Under the pieces are notes generated by a model. That model was not told the DNA's origin. It made no database searches and was given only the letters and a program-made list of their open reading frames with translations. A stretch of 64,000 nt of DNA, taken from contig NW_024704742.1 of the NCBI RefSeq assembly GCF_018977255.1, positions 84,632,001 through 84,696,000 of the forward strand, written 5' to 3'. This DNA comes from Callorhinchus milii. Taxonomy: Eukaryota. The number at the start of each line of letters is the position of its first letter. The first letter of the stretch is position 1. A program made the position numbers and the translations under genes. Of this stretch, positions 24,345 to 35,500 are shown one piece after another.

Positions 24345-26777
24345 GCGCACAGTGTCAATGTGAGGCACCAGCCACAGCCAGGTAGATGTGGCCTTCCTCA
24401 AGTTTTCTATGAAGAATGATTGCACTATTTTAATAACTTGAACACTGTATCTTTTGCCCAGTGTGGGCGATTCTTGCTGCTGCCATTTGCTAGTGAAGCT
24501 TTGTACTGAAGAAGAAACCTGCTGTTTTGTTTTTGATTTGACAATGGATGGCCGCACATGTTCTTGACATAATTGTTTTGCGCAGAATTGTAATCAAACT
24601 TTTAATAACTCGAAAAGATGCCTGAATCAAAATCCCCTTAAACTGCGTAGATTTGGGTTACCATCCAGTGCTTCAAATCTTTCCAATGTGATCTGAAACG
24701 CATTGTGGAGATGATGCAAATGGATTTACAGATCAGAGTAAAATCCCCATCCAATATCAGTTTAAAGCCAACTCTGAAGCAAATGGATATGAAAGGAACT
24801 GGTGGAAGTAGACTGATTCCTGTGCTGTTCAAACTTGGTGGCATTGCATTTTAGCGTAATCTTAATACAATCCACAGCATTTTCTGGCCGAAAGGAGTGA
24901 TAATACACTAGATATATCTAATTCAGTGTCTTGGTGTAACCAGGGTGATCCGTTCAGATCTGGAGATGAGGGTTATTTGAGAATAAGTGTGGGCCCCTTA
25001 AAGAAATGTCCATTTGAATTGTGCTTGCATGATGTATTAAAAAAAATTATGCTTGGGTCTTCTGTGAGACATTGCTGCGGGGTGGTGAATACAGACACTT
25101 TAACATCGCCAAAACCAATAAATGCTTTTGTGCTGTTGTACTACTTATTATTGCATTGGAATTTTGAGGTTTTTTATATTCATGAATGTGCATTACACTT
25201 TAATGGTATTGTCACTGATGAAACTTGTGGTAATCAACTGCAGTGAAAATAAAAATGATAGCTCAATGCCACTATGCAACAAGAGGTTATATTAAGAGTG
25301 CAGTGTATGATGCAATGTAATAATAATAATCCTTACATTTGGCATTATGTCTTTGAGACGTCTCAAAACGCTTCGTAGAATTTACTGTAGAGTGAACTGA
25401 CTGCATATTTTGTGGTTGAAGTTGTGTTCTTAGAGGGAGCCACGCACAAAATCAAAATGTATAGCAACAATAGCAAGAGTTCATGGCAAACCTCAAGAAC
25501 ATTCTTTTGTGGCTCAGAGTAGTCTCCAAGCAGAGACGATGTAAGAGACGTCAATTTTCAGATAATCACACCTGAGGACACTTAACTAGAATAAGACCAA
25601 TTCAATGTGACCTTTTTTGGTTTGAATGTTGGGTAAATTGGTCTCTGATACTTGCTGAAATGATTTTAGTTAATACAGAGAAGCTATTTCCTCTGGTGGG
25701 GGAATCCTGTTCCTATGATTTTTAAAGACAAAAGAATTTTTAGGAATAGTGATAGACTATTCAGCTGTATAACTTTTTTAATTTCACAGCATCTTGGGAC
25801 ATCATCCCAATGTGAAAGGTGCTATATAGAGCTGGAGTGCAGTTTTAGCAGAACTATTGGTAATTTGAAATCTGTTTGTATTGTTTATCACCACATCACA
25901 ATGTGTTGACACAGGAAGCATCTAGTCCAATACTGATCATACCAATTATTTGCCACAGTTTTAATGTTACTATTTACTTTAAATCATGCCAGCAGTTTCA
26001 GAAAATGACAAACAACTTAATTTTGGATTCAGTGTCCCAAGGCCAAAATGGAAAAATAGAACTAGTTGTTGACCTTTCATAGCTAAAGACTTACATAAAT
26101 AGAGGAAAAGCAGTGGAATTTGTTTTTTCTGTATTTGGTCTTTTTCAGCATGTGGTTTTCCCTGCACAATTATAATCTATCATCTCCATTTTATTCATGA
26201 AACCATCAGCGATTCATTCTGTTACTACACACCAGGAATGTTTGTTGCCAATTATATTTAGTTATTATTGTGATTGCTGTTGTTAATAGCTCATTTAACT
26301 CTGCATTTAATATATTTTCTCTGTTCACAGTTCTCAGTGACCACGTTTGGTTTCAGAATATGTGGTTTGGGTTTTTTTTGCATTTTGATCCTTTTGTCAG
26401 TACTTCCATTGCCTCCCCTCTATATATTCTAGTTTCATACCACCTTTACACAACACTGAAAGCAAATTTGGATATATGGAAATCCTTTTCATTGGTTCAG
26501 CCAGAGGATGCACCCTAGTCCCAGAGAAAGCCCCCTTTACTTCACTCGTTTCAAATGCTCAGTGACGTATGCAGAGAAAAATCTTGGACAAAAAGATTTA
26601 TGCTCGGATTCAACTAATAATTACTGCTCACCAAGCCTATTGGGTTCAGTTCTATCACAGTGACAGCAGATTAAGCATTTGAATCCATCCAAATTCACCA
26701 TAAAAACACATTAATCATTCACCCCATTGGCTATTTATGAATAATTATTGAAGTAGATTAGTTATAGTTACAGGCAG

Positions 26778-27019
26778 GGCGAAACCTTGGGCAAGTTTCC
26801 TTACTCCACACGCCTAATAATAATCCCTCCAAAACTAAAAACAATAATAAAATTGGTCATTTTCAATCTACCACTGTTTATGGGACATTGCTGTGCGCAA
26901 TTGGCTGCCGCGTTCGCCCACAAATATACAGTCAATTCACTTTACAGTGTGTTCTGTGAAACGCTTTGGGACGTCCTGACGTGAAAAGCGCTATATCAAA
27001 TGCAAGTATTATTATTATA
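26778..27019 (+). mobile_element. 5'-truncated tRNA-SINE (short subfamily)
   Basis: gcgaaaccttgggcaagtttccttactccacacgcctaataataatccctcc... through the L2-like tail. Confidence 0.85.
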
Positions 27020-29210
27020 GCATGTTTTTCTGAAAAATAGTTATTTGGATCCTTTTTTTTCGTTCCTGCCCTTCACAGATGTTTTAAATTTAAAGTTACT
27101 GGTAAACAAGAGAATAGAACATTTTGAAGTCAATAGATGATGTCTGCTGGTGGAATTTACGAAGAGGAGAAAATAGAATCATCATACAATCACTATATAA
27201 ATTAAATTTTTTTGTTGCTTTATACTGTTGCCAGAAGACCTATTTTCTCCTCAAGAGTTCGCAGTACAATCCTATGAAGCACTGAAATGTCTTAACAACA
27301 CGATAACGCGCAATTACTTGTGTTATTACTTATGTCCAAAAAGTTTCTTGATTTCCAAACTTGCCTGTGGGAGGTTGCAAAACCCATGTTTGGAATGTTG
27401 TCAAAACATTTTGCCGTTATGTGGGCCATATATGTGCCAGACAAGATCGTAGATGGGGTCATAGTAATAATAATAATAATGATGCTTGCATTTGAAATAG
27501 CGCCTTATCACGTTTCACAGAATATATTGTAAAGTGTATTCTGTGGGTGAAATCACCTTGGTTCGTTGCCTGCTTCATTACCAATGATTCACACACAGTT
27601 GGTTGCTTTCTCTAGCCTTCATCACTACCTCATTATACCAATTCGCATTTCATAAGAGATGGTGGGCTAAATGTTGTGTTATGATCGTTAACACACAATT
27701 CATAACAATAATTTTTACTATGTTGGGTTTACCAGAAGAGGGCAACAGGGCAAAAATGTAGAAAACGTGTTCACAGGGCTTCGGGAAGCTGCAGCACAGA
27801 GCTTAGAGAAGAAAGAACATCTTTATACCACGATCATATTGAAATGTCTTAAATACAGGAAATTGCTGACAGTGTAGTCACTGTCCAGACACCCCCATTG
27901 TAACGTGGTGGTTATGATCATAAGTTAGAACCCTGTGATCTAACAGGTACTACAGAAATAGCTGCTAATCAGCACTTCTGGGTCACCAGTGATATTATTG
28001 TGGCAGTGCATGAAACCAGCAATCACAGTGGCAGGATCTGTGCACAAAACAAAGACAGTCAGTAAAAGCCAGTGCCTGAAAATGTACCATGGTGAGACTG
28101 TGCTATAAGTTATCCATGTTATGCCAAGGACGTTATAATGGGGTAGGCTTATATTTTGTAGACTTGGGATAGCATTAATATGGTTCACCAACGAGCCATG
28201 GTATGACTAACTAATCTGGAGGATTGTTGGCCAGGATACCTGGAGAAACTCCATTCTCTTCCCAAATAGTATCATAGGAACTTTTTAACACCCACAGACA
28301 GATATGATGCAGATATAATTCATTAACCGAGCTATGGTACTTCTGACAATGTAGTTTCTCCCTCCGAGCACTGCATGGTAACTGGGAGTTCAAATTCTGT
28401 CAAGAGGCTTGAACCCACAACTTTATGACTCAAAAATAAATTCCACCAAACTAACACATGTAGGTTCACCATTATGATAATGTCTATTCATTTGTATTTA
28501 AATCTGATACAATATTGCATTCAACGAATGAGGAGATGATCCTGAATGCAAATAATTTGTCTGTTGAGTCTCCAAATGCAATAGGATTGATACTTATCCT
28601 CCACTGTGGGGAAATTGCCCTTTAAGAAAAATGTATTGTTGAAATTTGTGATGCTTTAAATATGCTAAGAACAATGACTTTTCACCAGAAACATGCGGAA
28701 GAATACATTATCCGGTTCCTGAAACCAGTGAAGGAAGCATTAAGGAAATGTGCTCCAGTTGAGGAATGACCAAGATTGTGAGGAATAACGTATGGTTGAA
28801 AAAAATCTAATGGGAAGAATCCAAAAATGTGGATGTTGTATTTCATATGATATATTTATCTGAGTGTACTAATATGTATACGAAATTCACAATAAAATTG
28901 ATTTTAAAAATACTGAGGAAATTAAAAACTTTTTAATGGGGGAGGATTGTGGAGACCTTTTTATTTGGACTGTGACTTGCCAAACCCCTCACCATGCTTA
29001 AGATTATCCAGACCACATAGAGTTCCACATATGTATGGCACCTAAACTTGGATATTTCCATGTCTGGAATGGAATACTGTTGGGTTCTGGGCAATGAACA
29101 GAATAAGACCAGCTTATTCTTCATAGCCTTCCTTTAATTAAAGACCTGAGAACAGAGGAACCAAAGACACTCAGCAACTCATGCTTTAAAAATACTTAAT
29201 AAGAAATGTA

Positions 29211-29395
29211 AACAACAACAACATTCCATTTATTGAGCGCCTTTCACGTCGGGAGGATGTCCCAAGGCGCTGGACAGTTGGGTCAGGACCCGAGCAGGGG
29301 GAAATGGTCAGGGTGAGGGGAGGGAAGGGAGCGACGAGGGGGTAGAGAGTCGAGAGGGGAGCTGAAGGCACGGTCAAAGAGTAAGGTCTTGAGAC
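29211..29395 (-). mobile_element. L2 LINE extreme 3' end
   Basis: Near-identical to the 3' ends of 171-753 and 8348-9210. Confidence 0.88.
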
Positions 29396-31019
29396 AAAAT
29401 AAAGTTTGTTATTGCAATTATCACAAATACAACAGACAGGTTAATAGCATAGACAAATGTCAGTATCAAAGTAACAGAATCAGAAGTTGGTCAGTCCGTA
29501 AATCATTTGAATCTTTGCTTCTTTGGTAGAATCAGTTGGTGAATTCACAAACAGCAGGTAAAAGTCTTGCATCAGAGAGAAAGTCTCTTGCTTCAGTCCA
29601 GAAACCTCTTGCTCGGGGTTCGTCAATGATGAATCTTCAATGGTGTATAGCTGAGCTGTGTATTTTACTCAACAGTTGTTAAATGTTGTTATTCTTCACC
29701 TGTTACTTTTCAAACAATTTCAGACCTTCTAGAATTTCTGCAGTTTTCCTTCCTGAAATTGCTGGAGTCAACGAAAGTTGATTGAACAGTTTAAGTCTGA
29801 TGGATATTAACCCCGAAGACAATACGTTTGCTTCACCACTTCATATCATCACATGAAAGATGGCTCTTGGGTGGACTGCACCCGATATGCTGTGTCCAAG
29901 GCTGAGCAAATTGTAGTTCAACCGTACATCTTTTGTAATAATTTTCTCCAAAGTGAGGATGAGAATGTAAAATCTTTCCATTCTCATGCCATGAAGCAAT
30001 CATCTCACATAAAATAATAATAAAATATAATCTGCAGAATTGTTATTACACCACCTCAGAATTGTTATTGTTATACAAGAACATAAAATCATAAACTTGA
30101 ATTGTTATAGAAAACATCTGTAACACAAACATGAATTTGTTATGGGAAAACATCTTCAACAACCTACAGTTACAATAAACAAGTCAGCTTTACATTTTCC
30201 TAGCTACATCATTTTTAACCATTAATCAAACTGGTGTCTATTCAACACAGGCATTTCTAACCACTGATTAAAATAATTATTTTGACTGCATGGGTTAACA
30301 TATATTCACAATTTCAGTTATGAAGTGGGATCGCAGCAATACTCACAATCTCCTTGAGAAACACACCCTGCTTATTTAAATTCCAGAGAATATTAGGCAC
30401 ATGTTGGCAAGAGACAACATTGGTGGACCCCAAAATCTACATTACAGAACAGGTAATATCACTCACCTGTTTGGTCCACTTCCACCAGCCACGCTGGAAT
30501 TTGAAGAGGCCCAATACATTTGTCCGCTGTTTTACCAATGGTGGCCACTGCCATTTCGCATTAATGTCACCTTACAGTACCTACAAGAGCTCACTGCCTC
30601 TTACATATCCAACACCACCTGCAAGTCTACAGCACTCTTATCAGTTGGGGTGAGTATCTCAAAGCACTTTACAGAGGCAATTAGGAGCACCAAACAGGGA
30701 GAAGAGGAAGTTGAATTTAAAGCTATAGACCAAATGCAGAATCAGAGAAAGAATGATAATGACAGGAAATTTGGGATCACTAACAGTGAAAATCAGTGAA
30801 ATTGTACACTGGCAGTGAAAATCAGAGTGTGCACAGATAATCTTGAGTGAAGATACTCTGTAGTATGTCTGTGCCCATTTGAATTTAATAATCCATGCAT
30901 TTGCTATAGCACCTTATCAAATCATCGAAACATCTCAAAGCATTTTGCAAGATATACTGTTAAGCAGTGTGTACGTATTTTGTGAACAAACACCATGTCC
31001 TTGTTATGAACTCACTAAC

Positions 31020-31280
31020 CGGTGGAAACAGCTTATTTATATCCACCTTATCAAACCCTTTTCATGATTTTAAAGATCTCTATCAGATGCCCTCTCAAAT
31101 ATCTCATCTACAGAGAGAAAAACTCTAATATGCCCAATCTTTCTTGACAGTTGTATCTTCTCATTACAGGAAGCATCCAGGTAAATCTACCTGCAGTCTC
31201 TCTGTTGCTACAATATCCTTCTTATAGTTTTTTTGTATAGTAACCAGAGCAGTGTACAGTAATTGAAATGCAGTCTTGTG
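31020..31280 (-). mobile_element. Degenerate CR1 fragment
   Basis: ccttatcaaacccttttcatgattttaaagatctctatcag...accagagcagtgtacagtaatt is the reverse complement of CR1 ORF2 3' region. Confidence 0.6.
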
Positions 31281-31740
31281 TAAAATTAACCTTAATACAA
31301 TTTTATGTAAAATTAACAGTTTCACCCACAAAATATACAGTCAATTCAGTTTACATTATATTTTGTGAAGTACTTTGACACATCTCAAAGACATGATAGG
31401 CACTATATCAAATATAAGGATTATTATTATTATTAACAGCCTATACAACCCTCATGCAAACTAAACCTTGGTGATTTCTTTCATCTACAAATGAATTAGA
31501 CAATGCAGTACAAAATTACATTTGTATAGCGCCTTTCACGTTGTGAGGATGTCCCAAGCCGCTGGAGGAGATTTATATTATTTATACTTGTTAGTTACAA
31601 AGCCATATTTAACCAAATATATATTGGCAGAGTGTTTCACAAATGACACCAAGTAAATGTTTTTAGACGAGCCATCACAAGAAAATTTGTAGCATTCGCG
31701 CGTTCAGCTGACCTCTTTGGTGAAATGGAAACTCGCTACG

Positions 31741-31816
31741 CCAGCTGGTCCAGACAAGTGATGTCATTGACCTGCTGCCTAGGCAACAGCAAATGAATTA
31801 TTCACAGAAGATAAAA
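31741..31816 (+). promoter_or_regulatory. Putative SCG5 proximal promoter (E-box, CRE-like, RFX X-box, POU4-like, TATA-like)
   Basis: CCAGCTGG 31741-48; TGATGTCA 31759-66; GCTGCCTAGGCAAC 31774-87; ATGAATTATTCA 31793-804; GATAAAA 31810-16. Lies upstream of a strong donor ACG|gtaaga at 31900/31901. Confidence 0.6.
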
Positions 31817-31839
31817 GGCTCCTGCAAAATCTTAGGGAA

Positions 31840-31900
31840 AAAAGAAGCACATCTGTTATCTCTAACAACACTCTGGCTGAGGTATTGTATCTTGTCTACG
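31840..31900 (+). other. SCG5: Putative non-coding exon 1 of SCG5 (start approximate)
   Basis: Starts ~30 nt after the TATA-like box and ends at donor G|gtaaga. The next acceptor, ctgcag|C at 32331, is 7 nt before the ATG, so a 5' non-coding exon is implied. Confidence 0.55.
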
Positions 31901-32337
31901 GTAAGATCAGTTTATCTGTTAACATCTAAAAAATATAGTGTATCCAGCAGACATCTTTTAGTGTTTATGTATAATAAGAGCCGCTGTATGTTTAGTAAGG
32001 ACATCTGTAAACCAGGAGTTGGAAACGCAAATGATGCTTAAAATATGCACGACTGTGAAAAATAAAAACACTACGAAGCGCTTCATTTCAGCAAAAGTCA
32101 TCTTTACCAAACATTCATTAAGTTGCCACTGCAGCGATTTTAATCTGTCGATTCAATCTTATATTTTGCACTTCAGTCACCATAACAGTGCTGTTTCTCC
32201 ACTGCTGCATTGTGGATATTCATGGCATTTAATCACAGATGACTGTATTGAATGTTATGGGGAACGAGTTAAAGGAACGCTTTTGTTTACTGCCGTTATC
32301 TGCCTTGCTATATATTCTGTGTGCCTGCAGCTTTGAG

Positions 32338-32551
32338 ATGGCGTTAGCGATGATCTTTCAAGCGGCCGCTCTGGCAGTATTCGGGCTGGCTCTGGCTTCA
32401 GCTCGCAGCCCCCTGGATCCAGAGAAGGTTTCTGAAGCCGAGATCCAGCGGCTGCTGCACGGAGTCATGGAGCAGTTAGGTATCGCTCGGCCCAGAGTTG
32501 AGTACCCAGCCCACCAGGCAATGAACCTGGTCGGGCCGCAGAGCATTGAAG
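32338..32551 (+). CDS. SCG5: SCG5 coding exon 1
   Basis: Acceptor at 32330/32331, ATG 32338, donor GAAG|gtacta; signal peptide plus [27 protein letters not shown]. Confidence 0.95.
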
Positions 32552-35500
32552 GTACTAGATCTTATCACTGTTGAGGAGGTTGTTGTGATTATTGAACATG
32601 GTTGCATTCATTTAAGGAATAAAAAATGAAATAAATAAAATCTTTTTATTTTAAAAAAAATAAAAATGTTTCTTTTTAAATATTTGAATAAAAAATGTAA
32701 ACCCAGAAAAGATTCTGAAAGCAATAAATAATTATAACAGTAAATAATTTTTTTAAATGTTTACATATTGTATCTGGATTATATATTAATTGAATTATAT
32801 TCATTGATAATAATGCCGCAAAGTATATTTAAAATATTTAATTCATTATAAATTAAAGGATCAAAGGGTTTAGATTGCAAAGTGTTGATAAAAGGCTTTT
32901 AATCTGAGCATTGCAATGGATTATTGCATGAAGATGGAAAGATCTCCACTTTTGAACAAGTCCGTGTCATTGATTTGTAATAATTAGTAAGGCATTTGTT
33001 TCTGAATTATTTCTACCACTTTGTTGGATTGAATGTATTCCTTATTTTATGCTCAACCACCATAAAGCCAGGACATTGCACTCCTTTAAGAAACAATTTG
33101 CTATTCTAATTGGAGGACATTATGATGGGTATTCTGAAATTTAATAATTCAAGTAAACTTTATTCAAACCCCTCTTTTGATCCTATGAACTACAACAACA
33201 ACAAAAGCAACAACAAAATTAAACTTGTATAGCGCCTTTCACATTGGGAGGATGTCCCAAGGTGCTGAACAGTCAGTGTTTCGGATCCGAGCTGTGGATT
33301 GGGATTGGGGAGGGTGGAGGTCAGGGGGTGAAGGATGGTGATCAAAGGCACAGTCGAAGAGGAGGGACTTGAAATGGGTCTTGAAGGAGGCAAGGGAGGG
33401 GGCGAGTTGGAGGGACTGCATAATGGAGTTCCAGAGGGTGGGGGCAGAGTAGCTGAAGGCCCACCCGCCAATGGAGGGGCAGGCGAGATGGGGGGCATAA
33501 AGCAGGCCGGAGCCTGCTGAGCGGAGGGAGCGGGCAGGATGGTAGGGGGTTAGGGGGTCACAGAGGTAGGAGAGCAAGACAATAGAGGGCTTTGAAGGTG
33601 AGCACCAGGATCTTGTACTGTATCCTCTGTGTGATGGGAAGCCAATGGATTCAGGTGAGGATGGGGGTGATAGGGTCGCAGAGCCCAATGCGGGAGAGGA
33701 CACGGGCTGCAGAGTTCTGGATGATCTGCAGCCTGTGGAGGGAGGAGTTGGGGAGGCCGACAAGCAGTGAGTTTGCACAGTCGAGCCTCGATGTAATGAA
33801 TGCGTGTATGAGGGTTTCGACAGGCTGCGGTGTGAGACAGTGTTGGAGCCGAGCGATGTTGCGGAAGTGGGGGAAGGCAGAGCGTGTCATGGCATGGATG
33901 TGGGGTAGAAAGGATAGTTTAGGGTCAAACAAATCGCCAAGGTTCCAGACTGGCTCAGTGAGGTGGAGTGTGCAACCATGGATGGCGATGCTGTCAGTGC
34001 CTGAGGTGAAGAGGCGCTGACAGGAACCAATCAGGAGAGCCTCGGTCTTGTTCATATTCAACTGAAGAAAGTTAGCTCTCATCCAGGACTTGATGACTAA
34101 CAGACATTCTGTCAGGACAGCAGTGGTCCTGGAGTCAAGGATGGAGGTAGAGAGGTAGAGTTGGGTGTCATCCGCATACATGTGGAAGTTGACCCCATGT
34201 CTGTGGATGATGTCACCAAGCGGGAACATATAGATATTGAAGAGGAGGGGACCAAGGACAGAGTCCTGAGGAATGCCGCATAAAATGGTGTGGGGGCTAG
34301 AAGAGAAGCCGTTTGTGGAGATGAAGTGGAGACAGTGTGAAAGGTAAGATCTGAACCGTTCAAGGACAGAACCATGAAGGTTGAGGTGAGAAGAGAGGCA
34401 GTGGAGGAGGATAGAGTGGTCAACAGTATCGAAGGAAGCGGAGAGGTGTGGAGGTGCTGACAGGAGCCAATAAGGAGAGCCTCGGTCTTGTTGATGTTCA
34501 ACTGGAAAAAGTTAGCTCTCATCCAGGACTTGATGTCTGACAGACATTCTGTCAGGACAGCAGTGGGCCTAGAGTCGGGGGGGAGGAAGAGAGATAGAGT
34601 TGGGTGTCATCCGCATACATGTGGAAGTTGACCCAATGTCTGCGGGTGATGTCACCAAGAGGGAGTAAGTACAGGTTGAAGAGGAGGGGACCTAGGACAG
34701 AGCCCTGAGGAATGCCACACGAGACGATGCGGGGGCTTGAGGAGAAGCTTCTTTGGAGACAAAGTGTAGATGGTGTCAGAGATAGGATCTGAACCATTCA
34801 AAGACAGAACCATGAAGGTTGAGGAGTGGGTAATAGATGGAAGCACAGAGGCAGTTGAGCAGATCCCCTTGACTTTGGTTTCGAGGAAGCGCAACATCGC
34901 CTCGTAGTTGGCGTGGGAGGAGAGGACGGGCGAGATGTTAGAGGGTGGGTGGAGGAGCCGGTTGGTGATGGAGAAGAGGAGCCTGGGCTTGTCCTTGGCC
35001 TCCAAGATTGTCTTGGAGTAGAACGACGATTTAGCGGAGGCGAGGACGGAGCAATAAGATTTACTAAGGTCCAGCCAGATCTGCCAATGGACCGTTAAGT
35101 TGGATTTGAGCCAGGTGCATTCAGTGGCGTGCACACGTGCCTTAAGGGAGCGGAGGTGGCTGGTGTACCAGGGTGACTTTCATGAGTTGGAGACGGTTCA
35201 GGAAGTGAAAGGAGCAAGGGAATCGATAGTGGTGGAGAGGGAGTTGTGGAGAAGAGTGACCTAGGAGAATAGGCCACTGGGGGAGGAAGCCCAGAGGGTA
35301 AGGAGTTCAGATGACTCCAAGGCAGCAGAGAGAGAGGGGAGGTAGATTGTTTCCTGGGGTGATAGGAAATGGAGGTAGGTTGCATGGTGGTGGGGAAAGA
35401 GATTGAGGAGTTAAGAAAGATTAAATGGTGGTCTGACATGGCTTTATCTGCGATGGTAAAGTCAGTGACAGTGAGGCCCCAAGTGATCACCAAGTCGAAA

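Noticed and set aside
24151..24557. His-Thr / Cys-Val repeat ORFs
   Set aside because: Translations of the (CA)n microsatellite.
29400..29960. Unique-looking intergenic stretch tested for a hidden gene on both strands
   Set aside because: The frames I translated are interrupted by stops, with no recognisable peptide or coherent exon chain.
30037..30155. Recurring gaattgttat motif (four copies) with variable spacers, superficially CRISPR-like
   Set aside because: Repeats are only ~10 nt with irregular, partly homologous spacers in a vertebrate genome: a degenerate local duplication.
30354..30799. 99-aa and 132-aa ORFs in the ECPAS-SCG5 intergenic region
   Set aside because: Non-ATG starts, no recognisable domain and no convincing exon context on +; possibly antisense to a decayed LINE remnant.
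32239..32337. Upstream in-frame ATGs extending SCG5 in the ORF track
   Set aside because: They lie upstream of a good acceptor (ctgcag|, 32330) and are therefore intronic. The ATG at 32338 gives a normal 22-aa signal peptide.
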